From Candidatus Dojkabacteria bacterium (lineage in GTDB: Bacteria; Patescibacteriota; Dojkabacteria; B142; JAFGMG01): a stretch of DNA of 64,000 nt. A program made the position numbers and the translations under genes. The stretch covers positions 11,991-75,990 of the forward strand of contig JAFGMG010000005.1 of assembly GCA_016927655.1 (NCBI GenBank). Reading direction: 5' to 3'. The notes beneath the pieces were generated by a model. It did no database searches. It was given only the letters and a program-made list of their open reading frames with translations, and was not told the DNA's origin. This document shows positions 29,927 through 39,967 of the stretch, one piece after another; positions within the stretch are counted from its first letter, which is position 1; every line of letters starts with the position of its first letter.

Positions 29927-30705
29927 GCCAGAAAAATAAGCAAAATTACTGCCAGGATTATACGATATAGACCGAAATATTTCAGCCCTATTTTCTGGGT
30001 CAGTGTCAACATAATTTTGATAGCGATAAGGCCAAAAATAAATGAAGTGACGAAGCCTGTCATGAGCTCAGCCAAATTGATGCTCTCCGGGCTGTCTTTT
30101 AGAAGCTCAAATACGCTGTATATCACTCCTGCCGATATAATCGGGATGCCGAGAATAAATGAATAATTGGTTGCGTCTTTCAGCGAAAGCCCGCTGAAAA
30201 CTCCCGTGATGATGGTGATTCCGGATCTTGAGGTCCCCCTAAAATATGCTAATGGCTGCGCAAGTCCCATGAGTATACTCGTTTTTCCTGGTATCTGTTT
30301 GATTGAAAATTGTTCGGATTGTGAAATTTGCTTTTTTGAATTTGCTTGCGCGATATAATCTGTGATGATAAGCAGAATGCCAATCGAAACAAGCATAAAG
30401 GCAATAAGCAGAGTGGATTTCAAAGAATCGATATAATCCAGCAGAAAAAAGCCAGCTACAATTGAGGGTAATGTGGCAAGTGCGATTTTTAAAAAATTCT
30501 CCCTGTTTAAGAAAAATTTCAAAATACGGTCCCTATATGTAAATACTAAAGCAAAAAGTGTCCCCCCATGTAAAAATACATCAAATAGATTGCTATGCTC
30601 TTCCCAGCCAAGTAATTCTGGCAGAATGACTAGATGTGCGGAACTGGAAATTGGCAGGAATTCTGTGAGACCTTGAATTAGACCTAATATTGCTGCTTCA
30701 AACAT
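29923..30705 (-). CDS. uppP: Undecaprenyl-diphosphate phosphatase
   Basis: IQGLTEFLPISSSAHL, GTSRSGITI. Confidence 0.95.
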   Translation of the reverse strand: MFEAAILGLIQGLTEFLPISSSAHLVILPELLGWEEHSNLFDVFLHGGTLFALVFTYRDRILKFFLNRENFLKIALATLPSIVAGFFLLDYIDSLKSTLLIAFMLVSIGILLIITDYIAQANSKKQISQSEQFSIKQIPGKTSILMGLAQPLAYFRGTSRSGITIITGVFSGLSLKDATNYSFILGIPIISAGVIYSVFELLKDSPESINLAELMTGFVTSFIFGLIAIKIMLTLTQKIGLKYFGLYRIILAVILLIFLA

Positions 30706-30772
30706 ATAGGATCAATGGGTTATGAATTAATTATTCATTTTAGCGGAAATATGGATTTATAGCGAGTGGAGA

Positions 30773-32740
30773 CTAGCTTCCTTTGGCTGCTTTCTTTGTC
30801 GCTTTGATTAATTCGAGATCAAAAAGATTTGCAAAACGTAGATTTGGAATTCCTGCCTGTCTCGTTCCGTAAACCTCGCCAGGACCGCGTCTGTGGAGAT
30901 CGTATTCCGCAATTTTGAAGCCATCGGATTCTTCTGAGAAGTACTTCAGTCTGGCTGCCTGCTCGTCTGTTGGTATATCGCTTGTAAAGAGAAAGCACCA
31001 GCCCTGCTCTTCTGCTCTTCCGACTCTTCCTCTCAACTGGTGAAGCTGCGCAAGTCCGAATCTCTCGGCACCTTCGATGACAATAATATTTGCTCGGGGG
31101 ATGTCAATGCCGACTTCTATAACCGATGTGGAGAGCAGAATCTGCTGTTTGCTGGCTTCAAAATTGCGGAATTTTTCGAGAATTTTGTCTTTCTCTTCAG
31201 AACTGAGTTTGCCATGAAGAGTTGAAATATTAAAATCTTTGAACTTTGCAGTAAATTCTTTTTCAAGCTCTCTAATCGAGGCAGCCTGGATCGCTTCATT
31301 TTCTTCAATTAATGGTGCGATCCAGAAGACTTGAGTGCGATTCTCTCTGATTTGCTGCTTTATCCATTTATAGGCGTTTTCTCTTTTTTCCGGCGGTACA
31401 AGATGGGTTTTAGTTGTTTTCCTTTTTTGCGGTTTTGATTTGATGCTGCTTACTTGCATGTCACTGAAAAGCGTGAGAGCCAGGGTTCGAGGTATCGGGG
31501 TTGCTGTCATACTTAGGGTGTGCGGAGAGGTACTTCTTTTTTGGTCAATAAATTCCTGGATCTCTCCTCTCTGCTTCACTCCAAATCTATGTTGCTCATC
31601 AATTATGAGAAACGCCAGTTTGTTGCTGATGATTTTGTCTTTTTGGCTGAGTATAGCGTGGGTTCCGATCAGAATGTCCGCATCGTTTTTATCGTATTTG
31701 GAATTTGCGGTTATGAGTTTGATTTTCAATTTGTATTTGTTCAGCAGAGTCGAAAATGTCTCAAAGTGCTGTCTGGCAAGCACTGTTGTCGGGGCAAGTA
31801 CTATGCTTTGAGATCCGTTTAGTGCGGTATTAAGTGCCGCGATCATTGCAACTATTGTTTTGCCGCTCCCTACATCTCCGGAAAGCAGTCTTCTTGCAGG
31901 ACTTCCCTTTTTGAGATCTTTAAGGATTTCTTCGCAGGCGGTCTCCTGATCTTTCGTCAATTTGTATGGCAGTGAATTAACGAACTCCTCGATTTCTCTG
32001 GTATTTGCAAGCAGTTGTTTTGCCTTGAGATTCTTGCGCTTTTTTTCTCTTTTAAGAATCTGTTTTTGAATTTTTAACAGCTCATCGAAACCCAGTCTGT
32101 ACTTGGCGTCTTTTAGTAATTTTTGACTGTCTGGAAAATGAATCTGCTTGATCGTGTCTTTAAGCTGCATTAGACTGTATTTCTGCAGAAAATCTTGTTT
32201 GTAGGATTCTTTAAGATCATTGATGTAGTCCATCTTATCAATCAGCCACTTCATCCTTGATCGAAGCCATTTATTTGATATCCCCTGGGTCAAAGGATAA
32301 ATCGGAGAAATAATTCCTACATGGGTCTGCTCTTCTTTGATCTCCTCGAATTCCGGGGAAAGTACCTGTGGTTTGAGTTTCTTGGGGTTTAGCTTTCCAA
32401 TAAATATATAATCTGAGCCTTCTTTTATTGTTTTTTCTAGATACGGCTGGTTGAACCAGACAACTTCCATTTGTTCACTTTCATCTTCTACAACTGCTGT
32501 TTGAATGCTGAAGCCGCGTTTGCGTGTCTTGATTGATTTAAAGGTGTTGATTCGCGCTCTAAAGGCCTTCTTTTCATTCCTTCTTAAATCCTCGATCTTT
32601 ACGAGCTTTGATGAGTCAAAATGTGTTCTGGGGTAGTATGTTAGAAAATCATATAAATCCTCTACGCCCAGGCCCGCGAGAATTTTTGCGTATTTTGGGC
32701 CGATTAAAGGTATTGTTGAGACAGAGTCTGTTAGTTTCAA
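30773..32740 (-). CDS. recG: ATP-dependent DNA helicase RecG
   Basis: GDVGSGKT, DEQHRFG, TATPIPRT, QLHQLRGRVGR, RGPGE. Confidence 0.96.
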   Translation of the reverse strand: MKLTDSVSTIPLIGPKYAKILAGLGVEDLYDFLTYYPRTHFDSSKLVKIEDLRRNEKKAFRARINTFKSIKTRKRGFSIQTAVVEDESEQMEVVWFNQPYLEKTIKEGSDYIFIGKLNPKKLKPQVLSPEFEEIKEEQTHVGIISPIYPLTQGISNKWLRSRMKWLIDKMDYINDLKESYKQDFLQKYSLMQLKDTIKQIHFPDSQKLLKDAKYRLGFDELLKIQKQILKREKKRKNLKAKQLLANTREIEEFVNSLPYKLTKDQETACEEILKDLKKGSPARRLLSGDVGSGKTIVAMIAALNTALNGSQSIVLAPTTVLARQHFETFSTLLNKYKLKIKLITANSKYDKNDADILIGTHAILSQKDKIISNKLAFLIIDEQHRFGVKQRGEIQEFIDQKRSTSPHTLSMTATPIPRTLALTLFSDMQVSSIKSKPQKRKTTKTHLVPPEKRENAYKWIKQQIRENRTQVFWIAPLIEENEAIQAASIRELEKEFTAKFKDFNISTLHGKLSSEEKDKILEKFRNFEASKQQILLSTSVIEVGIDIPRANIIVIEGAERFGLAQLHQLRGRVGRAEEQGWCFLFTSDIPTDEQAARLKYFSEESDGFKIAEYDLHRRGPGEVYGTRQAGIPNLRFANLFDLELIKATKKAAKGS

Positions 32741-33098
32741 CTAAGTAGTGGGATCAAACTTAATATCGGTACGATAATTATACCGAAAAGGACTGCAATC
32801 GTGATAATCCACCAAATAAGCCTCTGTGTTTTCTTGGTTAGTTTCATGGAAGAAGTATACACTATTTGGATTCTAAACTCTAATAATTGGATCAGTAATA
32901 TAGAATTCTATTCGCGATACCCGTTTTTTATAGATCCCTCTGCCCGACTTATTTTGTTATTTTAGTGGAGAGACTTGGTATGCGCAAAAGAGGGTGAGTC
33001 CGGCTGGGCCACCTCTCTTCTCTGGGTGGAATCTTCTTTCGGGGTTGCGGGCTCAAAAAATAGTTGAACAAAAAGCATTTTCCTATTACTATAATAGT

Positions 33099-33210
33099 AG
33101 CTCTTTTAACTATTGTTATTGCACTTTTTGAAGGTTCGACCTTCCTGCACTGTCCCGGGGGTTAAATTTTCTAGACCGCACAATCTGGAAAAGTTAGCCC
33201 CCTTCTTTTT
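33099..33210 (+). ncRNA. Candidate small non-coding RNA (promoter, hairpin, long terminator-like stem)
   Basis: TTGAAC-17-TACTAT at 33064-33092; GAAGGT-TCG-ACCTTC hairpin; 19-bp stem 33157-33202 followed by TTCTTTTT; no credible ORF downstream. Confidence 0.4.
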
Positions 33211-33396
33211 CCTTACTCTTCATATTAAGAATTTCCCATAGTGATTGCAGGTGTTATTGTGATGAGGGTAAATTGCGGAAAAATGAATCGCGCTCTAAGG
33301 CCCCTAGAAAGCATTTGCGATTTCAAGCTGGGAAGATTCTATGACAAAAATACAAATAATAGAGATATTACTGAAGTTACTTGTATATATTTCAAA

Positions 33397-34059
33397 TTAC
33401 TCAGCAAGAAGTCTTTCTATTTCATTCGAAAGGTTCTCGTAAGAAGGATTCTCAATCTGGACTCCATTCACTAAAATACTAGGTGTACCAGGAAGTTTCA
33501 AAGCTTTTGCGTCGTCAAGATCTTTCTGCACCTTTGATTTATATACTCCTTCTTTTAGTTCCGCTGCAAATTTTGAGAGATCCTCAACTCCAATCTCCTC
33601 TGCGTAACCGATAAAAGCTTCAATAGCCTTCTCTTCTGAGAGTACCCCCCATATTGATTGATTTGCAAAAAGTATGTCATGGTATTCCCAGAATTTATTC
33701 TGTGCTGCTGCGGCTTCGCTCGCTTCTGCTGCCTTGAAAGCTAGTGGATGAATACTTTCTAATGGAAACTGTCTGTACACAATCCTTACTCGGTCTTCAT
33801 AGTCTTGTTTGAATCTATTGAACTCTTCGGCGTAGTATCCGCATGCCGGACATTCAAAATCCGAAAATTCTACTACAGTTATTTTTGAGGTAAAATCTCC
33901 AGCCACATGGCTGTCATCTCGAACTAGCAGTTCTGCCCTTTCAGATTCGGGAATTGGTTTGGTGTCAGTTGTGGATAGAGCCACAACACCAATAGCTCCG
34001 ATAATCAGAGTAGCAACAATTGTAATAATAAGCGCCATGTTGTCTTTGATAGATTCCAT
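33397..34059 (-). CDS. DsbA/thioredoxin-like oxidoreductase, membrane-anchored
   Basis: EFSDFECPAC, YRQFPL..IHP.A, cis-Pro GTP. Confidence 0.92.
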   Translation of the reverse strand: MESIKDNMALIITIVATLIIGAIGVVALSTTDTKPIPESERAELLVRDDSHVAGDFTSKITVVEFSDFECPACGYYAEEFNRFKQDYEDRVRIVYRQFPLESIHPLAFKAAEASEAAAAQNKFWEYHDILFANQSIWGVLSEEKAIEAFIGYAEEIGVEDLSKFAAELKEGVYKSKVQKDLDDAKALKLPGTPSILVNGVQIENPSYENLSNEIERLLAE

Positions 34060-34134
34060 CAAATATATCTAAGAGTTAACTGATAAGGGTAATTATACCA
34101 GAAAAATGGCTTATAGGCTTAAACAAATGGCTCT

Positions 34135-34506
34135 TTACCAGTGCTGTGTAAATAATTCTGTAACAGCTTCGGGCGTTTTTGGTATGTCTTTTCCCATCGC
34201 TTGTGATGCCATTCCCCCACCGCGGCAATTATTCTTGTAGATGCATTGAGGACAGGCTTTGGTAATTATTCCGATCTCAGAGATAAGGGGTTCCTCCTCG
34301 GATGCAACTAGAAGAGCTATTTGATGGAATCTTGTTCTTTGTCCATTAATTGGACAACTCTTATTTACTTCAATTGGAGTATTAGTATCTCCAATATCTC
34401 TAAACATTAGTATGACTGAGTTTTCTTCCTTACGATGCAGAATATCCGAAGAAGCGGAATACGCATTAATAATATGGCCTGCTTCAAAAAAAATTTCTGG
34501 GGTCAT
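34135..34506 (-). CDS. Hypothetical protein with CxxCxxxxxC motif
   Basis: Plausible ORF filling the gap; CPQCIYKNNCRGG. Confidence 0.5.
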   Translation of the reverse strand: MTPEIFFEAGHIINAYSASSDILHRKEENSVILMFRDIGDTNTPIEVNKSCPINGQRTRFHQIALLVASEEEPLISEIGIITKACPQCIYKNNCRGGGMASQAMGKDIPKTPEAVTELFTQHW

Positions 34507-34515
34507 TTATTTTAT

Positions 34516-35430
34516 TTAACTGAAATATGGTATTCCCCACCAATCTGCTGGATTTACGAAACGATGATTTTGGTTGAGGGCGTTGATTTGCTCTAAGTCT
34601 TTCTGATCTAATTTGAAATCGAAAACTTCTGAATTTTCTTTGATTCTCTTTGGGGTTGTGCTTTTTGGAATTGCAATCACTTCTCTTTCAATTGACCATC
34701 TCAGTAAAATCTGTGCGGATGTTTTTTTGTACTTTTTTGCGATTTTTTGAATAGGTGGGGCATTTAATGGGCTCATATTCCCAGCCAAAGAAGGGTTCCC
34801 AAGTGGCGAATATGCTGTTAATTCAATATCTTTGTATTTACAGAATTTGATTAATTCTAACTGTGAATTATATGGGTGCAATTCTATCTGATTTATCACG
34901 GGTTTGATTTTGGCGTAGTTTAAAAGGTCAATAATCATCGCGGCGGTGAAATTCGCTACTCCGATTGATTTAACAAAGTCTTTATTTACAAGTGTTTGCA
35001 TTGACTCCCAGGTTTTTCTGGTTGGGATATTTTCTGTTTTGATTACTCCGTTTTTATCAAGAGGTTCATTCCCTCTATCTGGTTCAAATGCTATGCCCCA
35101 GTGCATTAGATACAAATCTAGATACTCAAGCTGCAAATCTTCTAATGTCTTTCTGCACGCTGCCTCTACTCTTTCAGGATTATGCTTTGTATTCCAGAGT
35201 TTGCTCGTGATGAATATCTCTTCTCTTTTTATTCCTTGCTTCCAGACTTTCTGCAAAGCTTCGCCAATCTCTTTTTCGTTGCCATAAATTGCCGCGCAGT
35301 CAATGTGTCTATATCCAGCTTCAAGAATTGCATATTCTATTGCCGCTCCAACTTTCCCAGGATCTGATTTCCATGTACCGAGCCCAAGGATTGGCATTTT
35401 TGTGTTGTTATTAAGATTGATAGCCTGCAT
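34516..35430 (-). CDS. Aldo/keto reductase
   Basis: GLGTW, GYRHIDCAAIY, ITSKLW, LYLMHW, SIGVANF, IPKS. Confidence 0.95.
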   Translation of the reverse strand: MQAINLNNNTKMPILGLGTWKSDPGKVGAAIEYAILEAGYRHIDCAAIYGNEKEIGEALQKVWKQGIKREEIFITSKLWNTKHNPERVEAACRKTLEDLQLEYLDLYLMHWGIAFEPDRGNEPLDKNGVIKTENIPTRKTWESMQTLVNKDFVKSIGVANFTAAMIIDLLNYAKIKPVINQIELHPYNSQLELIKFCKYKDIELTAYSPLGNPSLAGNMSPLNAPPIQKIAKKYKKTSAQILLRWSIEREVIAIPKSTTPKRIKENSEVFDFKLDQKDLEQINALNQNHRFVNPADWWGIPYFS

Positions 35431-35462
35431 TTAGATGTATTAGTATTTTATTTCCAGTAGGA

Positions 35463-35861
35463 CTATATTCCGAGTTGTTTTGCCAAAAAGTACGTGATCA
35501 ATGCTACGCTTGTAGATAGTACTGTCCCCCATATTAAATCAACGATAGTTACAAGCAAAGGCCAGTCTTTTATTGTCGCAAGGTTTGTAAGGTCATAAGT
35601 CGCATATGTGGCAAATCCAAATAAGGCTGCTAATACTAGCGCTTTCGTCCATGAATCGGCTTTAATCGATGGCTCAAGAACTAAAACGACTATTCCTAAG
35701 ATGAAAACTAAATAGAAGATAATCGCTGCAATCCAATTAACATTTGTTTTCATCAGAAATCCAATCTGATCTTTGTAAAAATTTCTAGAGATAAGACCCA
35801 GCCAGATCATATCAATTGTGAAAAATACGGGAAGAGCCAGAAGGTATAGTTTTGCAATCAT
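35463..35861 (-). CDS. DUF2177-family membrane protein
   Basis: IDMIWL, YATYDLTNLAT..WP, VDLIWG. Confidence 0.85.
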   Translation of the reverse strand: MIAKLYLLALPVFFTIDMIWLGLISRNFYKDQIGFLMKTNVNWIAAIIFYLVFILGIVVLVLEPSIKADSWTKALVLAALFGFATYATYDLTNLATIKDWPLLVTIVDLIWGTVLSTSVALITYFLAKQLGI

Positions 35862-35930
35862 TTTTTTACTTGTAATGGATTAAACTACTATGCATAATAT
35901 AAGTATATAATTTTTTAGTAAATAAATGAA

Positions 35931-36158
35931 ATGGAAGAAAAAAAGACGCAAAAATGTGAATGCTGTGAAACCTGCCACAAAATGGGGAAATGGCAAAGCG
36001 GCCCGCAAAATGCTGTTTATGGACTGGGATTTGTGGGGGCTTTAATCTATTTTATCTCGACGGCATCAAATATAGGAGCAGGACTTGTTGGGATATTCAA
36101 GGCAATTGTCTGGCCTGCATATTTTGTGTATTACATTTTTGAAAATCTGGGACTATAA
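35931..36158 (+). CDS. Small membrane protein
   Basis: YGLGFVGALIYFI...GIFKAIVWPAY; Cys-rich N-terminus. Confidence 0.7.
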   Translation: MEEKKTQKCECCETCHKMGKWQSGPQNAVYGLGFVGALIYFISTASNIGAGLVGIFKAIVWPAYFVYYIFENLGL

Positions 36159-36193
36159 GTATCAGTTAGGGCGTAGATGCCGGCCAATAAGTC

Positions 36194-36283
36194 TGGCGGA
36201 AAGGGTGGGATTCGAACCCACGAGATCCTTGCGGATCTGCCGGTTTTCAAGACCGGTACATTCGACCACTCTGTCACCTTTCC
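36194..36283 (-). tRNA. tRNA-Ser(UGA)
   Basis: GGAAAGG acceptor stem, anticodon arm CCGGT-CTTGAAA-ACCGG, long variable arm, GTTCGAATC, encoded CCA. Confidence 0.97.
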
Positions 36284-36358
36284 AAATCTCAATTTACGTT
36301 GTAATTTTAACATAAATGGGTATAATTTATAGGTTTAAGAGTAGATTAAGAGAATTAA

Positions 36359-36655
36359 ATGCCAAAAATTTGCAATAAACTTAGTGTTAGGAAGAAGCTA
36401 ATTGTTTTAGTTGCAAGTCTCCCAATTATCTCCTTTATCGGCGCGATTATTGGCTTGTTCATCGGTCTTGTTTCAACCACTTTTATCCCGATGTGCTGCG
36501 ATGAGGGTGGCTGCCACAACTGTCTTGAGGTTGGCGGGATGGTTGGCTATGAGGCGGCTGGGGTGATAGGTTTCGTGGTGGGGGTGGTGCTTTTACCGAT
36601 TATATTTGTAGTCTTACTGTTATTAATTGACAGAAGGGCTAAGAAGGCCCTATAA
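36359..36655 (+). CDS. Small two-TM protein with Cys-rich loop
   Basis: Two hydrophobic helices flanking CCDEGGCHNC; TATAAT upstream. Confidence 0.6.
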   Translation: MPKICNKLSVRKKLIVLVASLPIISFIGAIIGLFIGLVSTTFIPMCCDEGGCHNCLEVGGMVGYEAAGVIGFVVGVVLLPIIFVVLLLLIDRRAKKAL

Positions 36656-36684
36656 TATCCCGATTAGTCATTAAATATCCGCAA

Positions 36685-36948
36685 ATGTCCACAATAAGAC
36701 TTACATTAAATGATAAAACAGAACAAGTTGTAAGTGTTTTGGAAAAAAGATATGAACCTATGTCAAGAGCAGAAATTCTAAAGCTTGGATTGTCCACGCT
36801 TTACAATCGACCTGAAGAGGGTAGATATATTGAAGTACTAGATGACGAGACATCTCAGAATGTGGAAGATGCAATACAGGAGCTAGAGTCGGGCAAGGGA
36901 AAAAGTTTCAGTTCAGTAACAGATCTGGTAAAGGATTTAGAAGAATAG
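36685..36948 (+). CDS. Antitoxin of a type II TA pair (RHH-like N-terminus)
   Basis: TIRLTL...SRAEILK; acidic C-terminus AIQELESGKGKSFSSVTDL; directly upstream of a RelE-type toxin. Confidence 0.75.
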   Translation: MSTIRLTLNDKTEQVVSVLEKRYEPMSRAEILKLGLSTLYNRPEEGRYIEVLDDETSQNVEDAIQELESGKGKSFSSVTDLVKDLEE

Positions 36949-36949
36949 A

Positions 36950-37243
36950 ATGTATAAACTTCGTAGATCAAGTTACTTTAAACGCAAATATCGAAAGATA
37001 ACCAAGGGAAATCAGAGCTTTAAAGTACGAATAGTGAAAGTGCTGGGTATGTTGAGTACAGATCCTTTCCATCCTTCACTCAGAACCCATAAAATCATCA
37101 CCTCTCGCAATAGAAAAGAAGCATGGAGTTCCAGAGTTTCTGGTGATTATAGGATTATTTGGAGATTCGAAGGGAAGACAGTTGAAGTTATTCAACTATT
37201 GGATATTGGAGGTCATTCGGGAGGTAGGAGTGTTTATAAATAA
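36950..37243 (+). CDS. RelE/YafQ-family mRNA interferase toxin
   Basis: FKRKYRK, DPFHPSLRTHK, WSSRVSGDYRIIW, LLDIGGH. Confidence 0.88.
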   Translation: MYKLRRSSYFKRKYRKITKGNQSFKVRIVKVLGMLSTDPFHPSLRTHKIITSRNRKEAWSSRVSGDYRIIWRFEGKTVEVIQLLDIGGHSGGRSVYK

Positions 37244-37317
37244 CAAAAGGCAGATCAATTGTGCTATTATTTCCAAAATACGTTAGACTAGTAATTCGAT
37301 ATAATTAAGTACAAAAA

Positions 37318-38616
37318 ATGCAACCTATCCTCTCCTCTCAGTTTCAAGCAAATCAGCCGTCTGCCATTCGAACCGCGCAGGAATTATTTATGAAGCGAAA
37401 TGATAATGTCGATGCGATCAACGCTGCTATCGGTAATGTCTCTCTCCCAATGCATCCTGCAATGCAGAAAAGAATGTTCAATTTGAAAGCTGAAAACAGT
37501 CCATTTAGAGATGGTGTGGTCAAATACACACAGACTAAAGGAACGGATGAGGCAAATGCGGCCATGATAAATATTTTGAAAGCTTCTGGATTAAAGGTGG
37601 AAGGTTTGCATACTCAGATAACAGATGGTGGAAGTGCTGCTATGGAACTTGTAATTCTTGGTGTCGCGGACAGAGATGAGGCAATTTTGATGATTGATCC
37701 TGCTTATACAAATTATATGTCTTTTGCCAGAAGAACTGGACGTAAAATTGTTACCTTAGCAAGGGAATACAAAGATAAGACTATCGGAGAATTTGAACTG
37801 CCTAATATTGAAAAAATTGAGGATCTGATCAAAACTCACAAACCAAAAGCCTTGGTAATTATTCCGTATGACAACCCGACAGGACAATTCATGAGCAAAG
37901 AAGTTATGGTTTCATTGGCCGAACTGGCTGTGAAATATAATATGTGGATTATCAGCGATGAGGCTTATAGGGAAATGTATTATGAAGCAGAAGCAGCGAT
38001 TAGTATCTGGTGTCTGTCTAATAATGATGCAGACGGAATTGAGGGGCGGCGAATAAGCATCGAATCAGCCTCAAAAGTCTGGAATGCATGCGGTCTGCGC
38101 ATCGGAGCAGTTGTTTCGGACAATGCAGATTTTATTGAAAAATCAATTGCAGAGAATACAGCAAATCTATGTCCAAGTGCAATTGGGCAGTATATTTTTG
38201 CAGGCTTAGCTGGTGAATCGAAAGAAGAGTTGAATAAATGGTTTGATAAGCAGAGGCAGTATTACAAATCAATGATGTTTGATCTGACAAAAGAGCTGCG
38301 AGATCTAATGCCGGGGATAATTATTACTGATCCTGAGGCGGCGATTTATTCTGTTGTCGATTTCAGGGAACTTGTGGAAGACGATTTTAAAGCAGTTGAA
38401 TTTGCAAAATGGGCTGCTGCTGAAGGTTTTGTTGAAGTTGACTCTAAAAAATATACTCTGCTCTTTTCTCCAATGACAGGGTTTTACAAGTCGGATAAAC
38501 CAGAAAATAATCCCGGTAGAAAGCAGATTCGCTTGTCATACGTAGAAACTCCAAAGCGGATTTCTCTTGTGCCGAAATTGCTCAAGGAACTTTTTGCTAG
38601 CTATAGCAGGTTATAA
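37318..38616 (+). CDS. PLP-dependent aminotransferase class I/II
   Basis: DPAYTNY, NPTG, SDEAYRE, SASKVWNACGLRIG. Confidence 0.92.
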   Translation: MQPILSSQFQANQPSAIRTAQELFMKRNDNVDAINAAIGNVSLPMHPAMQKRMFNLKAENSPFRDGVVKYTQTKGTDEANAAMINILKASGLKVEGLHTQITDGGSAAMELVILGVADRDEAILMIDPAYTNYMSFARRTGRKIVTLAREYKDKTIGEFELPNIEKIEDLIKTHKPKALVIIPYDNPTGQFMSKEVMVSLAELAVKYNMWIISDEAYREMYYEAEAAISIWCLSNNDADGIEGRRISIESASKVWNACGLRIGAVVSDNADFIEKSIAENTANLCPSAIGQYIFAGLAGESKEELNKWFDKQRQYYKSMMFDLTKELRDLMPGIIITDPEAAIYSVVDFRELVEDDFKAVEFAKWAAAEGFVEVDSKKYTLLFSPMTGFYKSDKPENNPGRKQIRLSYVETPKRISLVPKLLKELFASYSRL

Positions 38617-39402
38617 GTCTTCACAGGTCCAATTAAGAATTGATTCAATGATATTTTGCTTTTCTTCTTTGTCTGGGTCAAGTAGAAAGTGATGTCCATT
38701 GTAATTTTTTTCAAAAAACTTCTTATCCTTGGAGCCTAACGATCGAAAGAAGTTTTTTGATGCTTCAAATGAAGTCCGTGTATCAAGTTTTGAATGAAAC
38801 AGTCTAATCGGAATCGTGATTTTGCCGGCTTTATTTAGGACGTATTTTTGAGTTTTTTCAAACTGGACGAGCCATCTTGCACTGCCGACATTTACAAAAA
38901 GAGGATCGCTATTATTGAAGAGACCGGATTTTTTTGTAAACGTGGGCCATAATGCTGAGACTGGTCTTTTAGCTGCTTTCACCCATAGCGGAACAGGCAT
39001 GATAATTTTCAGAGCTGGCGCGGAAAGAATAATTTTTCTGACTGCGTCGGGGTTCTGTAATACATAATACAAAGCAATTAGTCCACCCATACTATGACCG
39101 AAAATAATTTCTGGCTTATTCCCCTCCTCTACAGCAATCTGGGTCAGTTCATATAAATCGTCTGCATAGTCTTGAAATTTATTGACATGGCCTCTTCTCC
39201 CTTCCGATTTTCCAAGTCCTCTGTGATGTATTGCATAGTATCCAATACCCTTCTTCTTTAATTCTGTAAATAAATCTTGATAGTGTCCAGGATATTCGCC
39301 TGCGCCATGTACAATAAGTAAAGTTCTATTACCTTGAGCGGGTGCCTCACTCTCATAGCAGATCCGAGTATTATCTTTAGCCTTGAAATAGAATTCAGAC
39401 AT
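38611..39402 (-). CDS. Alpha/beta hydrolase (lysophospholipase/PldB-like)
   Basis: HGAGE, RGLGKSEG.RG, nucleophile GHSMGG, Asp and His candidates. Confidence 0.9.
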   Translation of the reverse strand: MSEFYFKAKDNTRICYESEAPAQGNRTLLIVHGAGEYPGHYQDLFTELKKKGIGYYAIHHRGLGKSEGRRGHVNKFQDYADDLYELTQIAVEEGNKPEIIFGHSMGGLIALYYVLQNPDAVRKIILSAPALKIIMPVPLWVKAAKRPVSALWPTFTKKSGLFNNSDPLFVNVGSARWLVQFEKTQKYVLNKAGKITIPIRLFHSKLDTRTSFEASKNFFRSLGSKDKKFFEKNYNGHHFLLDPDKEEKQNIIESILNWTCEDL

Positions 39403-39967
39403 TATATTTAATAGTAATTTTTTTAATTATATTCCATTCTAAGACGTATAGAAAGAAAGTCAGAAGTATGCTATCTGGGATAGATACTCAGGTATGCACA
39501 AAGTAGGCTCCAATAGTATAGTGATTTACGAGTAAAAGTTAGAATAATCATACAAAGGCATATATAACGTAACATGTGAAAGTAAAATTAAAATTAGTTT
39601 TAGCTCTAGTTAAGTCTGCAAGGCTAAATAAATGTACAAATTTATTAGGTGGCGCAGGAAGTACGAAACGGATGCAGCGATAAAGTCCTGAAGTGATTAT
39701 TACAAAAAACAACTTCGCAGCATACAAAGATATACCACAGATAAGAGTGGAATGGATACGATAGAAGAGGCGGCTGAGTATAGGGGGAAAATACAAATGG
39801 GTATTGCGGGAAGAGTCTATGGGGATAGGTATATAATTAATCTAGGATATAGCATAACTTTTATTCTGCTCAGTAGATATTAGGCTGGTTTAAGTATTTA
39901 GCGTCGTGTAATGGCAAATTATTGCAAAATGATTTAAAATGACACCTAGTTAAATTAGATCAACATT

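Noticed and set aside
33241-33474. 77-aa + strand ORF
   Set aside because: Overlaps the dsbA 3' end in antisense and has no motif; likely spurious
39548-39796. 82-aa minus-strand ORF in the gap before PBP1A
   Set aside because: TTG start and a composition explained by purine skew; no recognisable features
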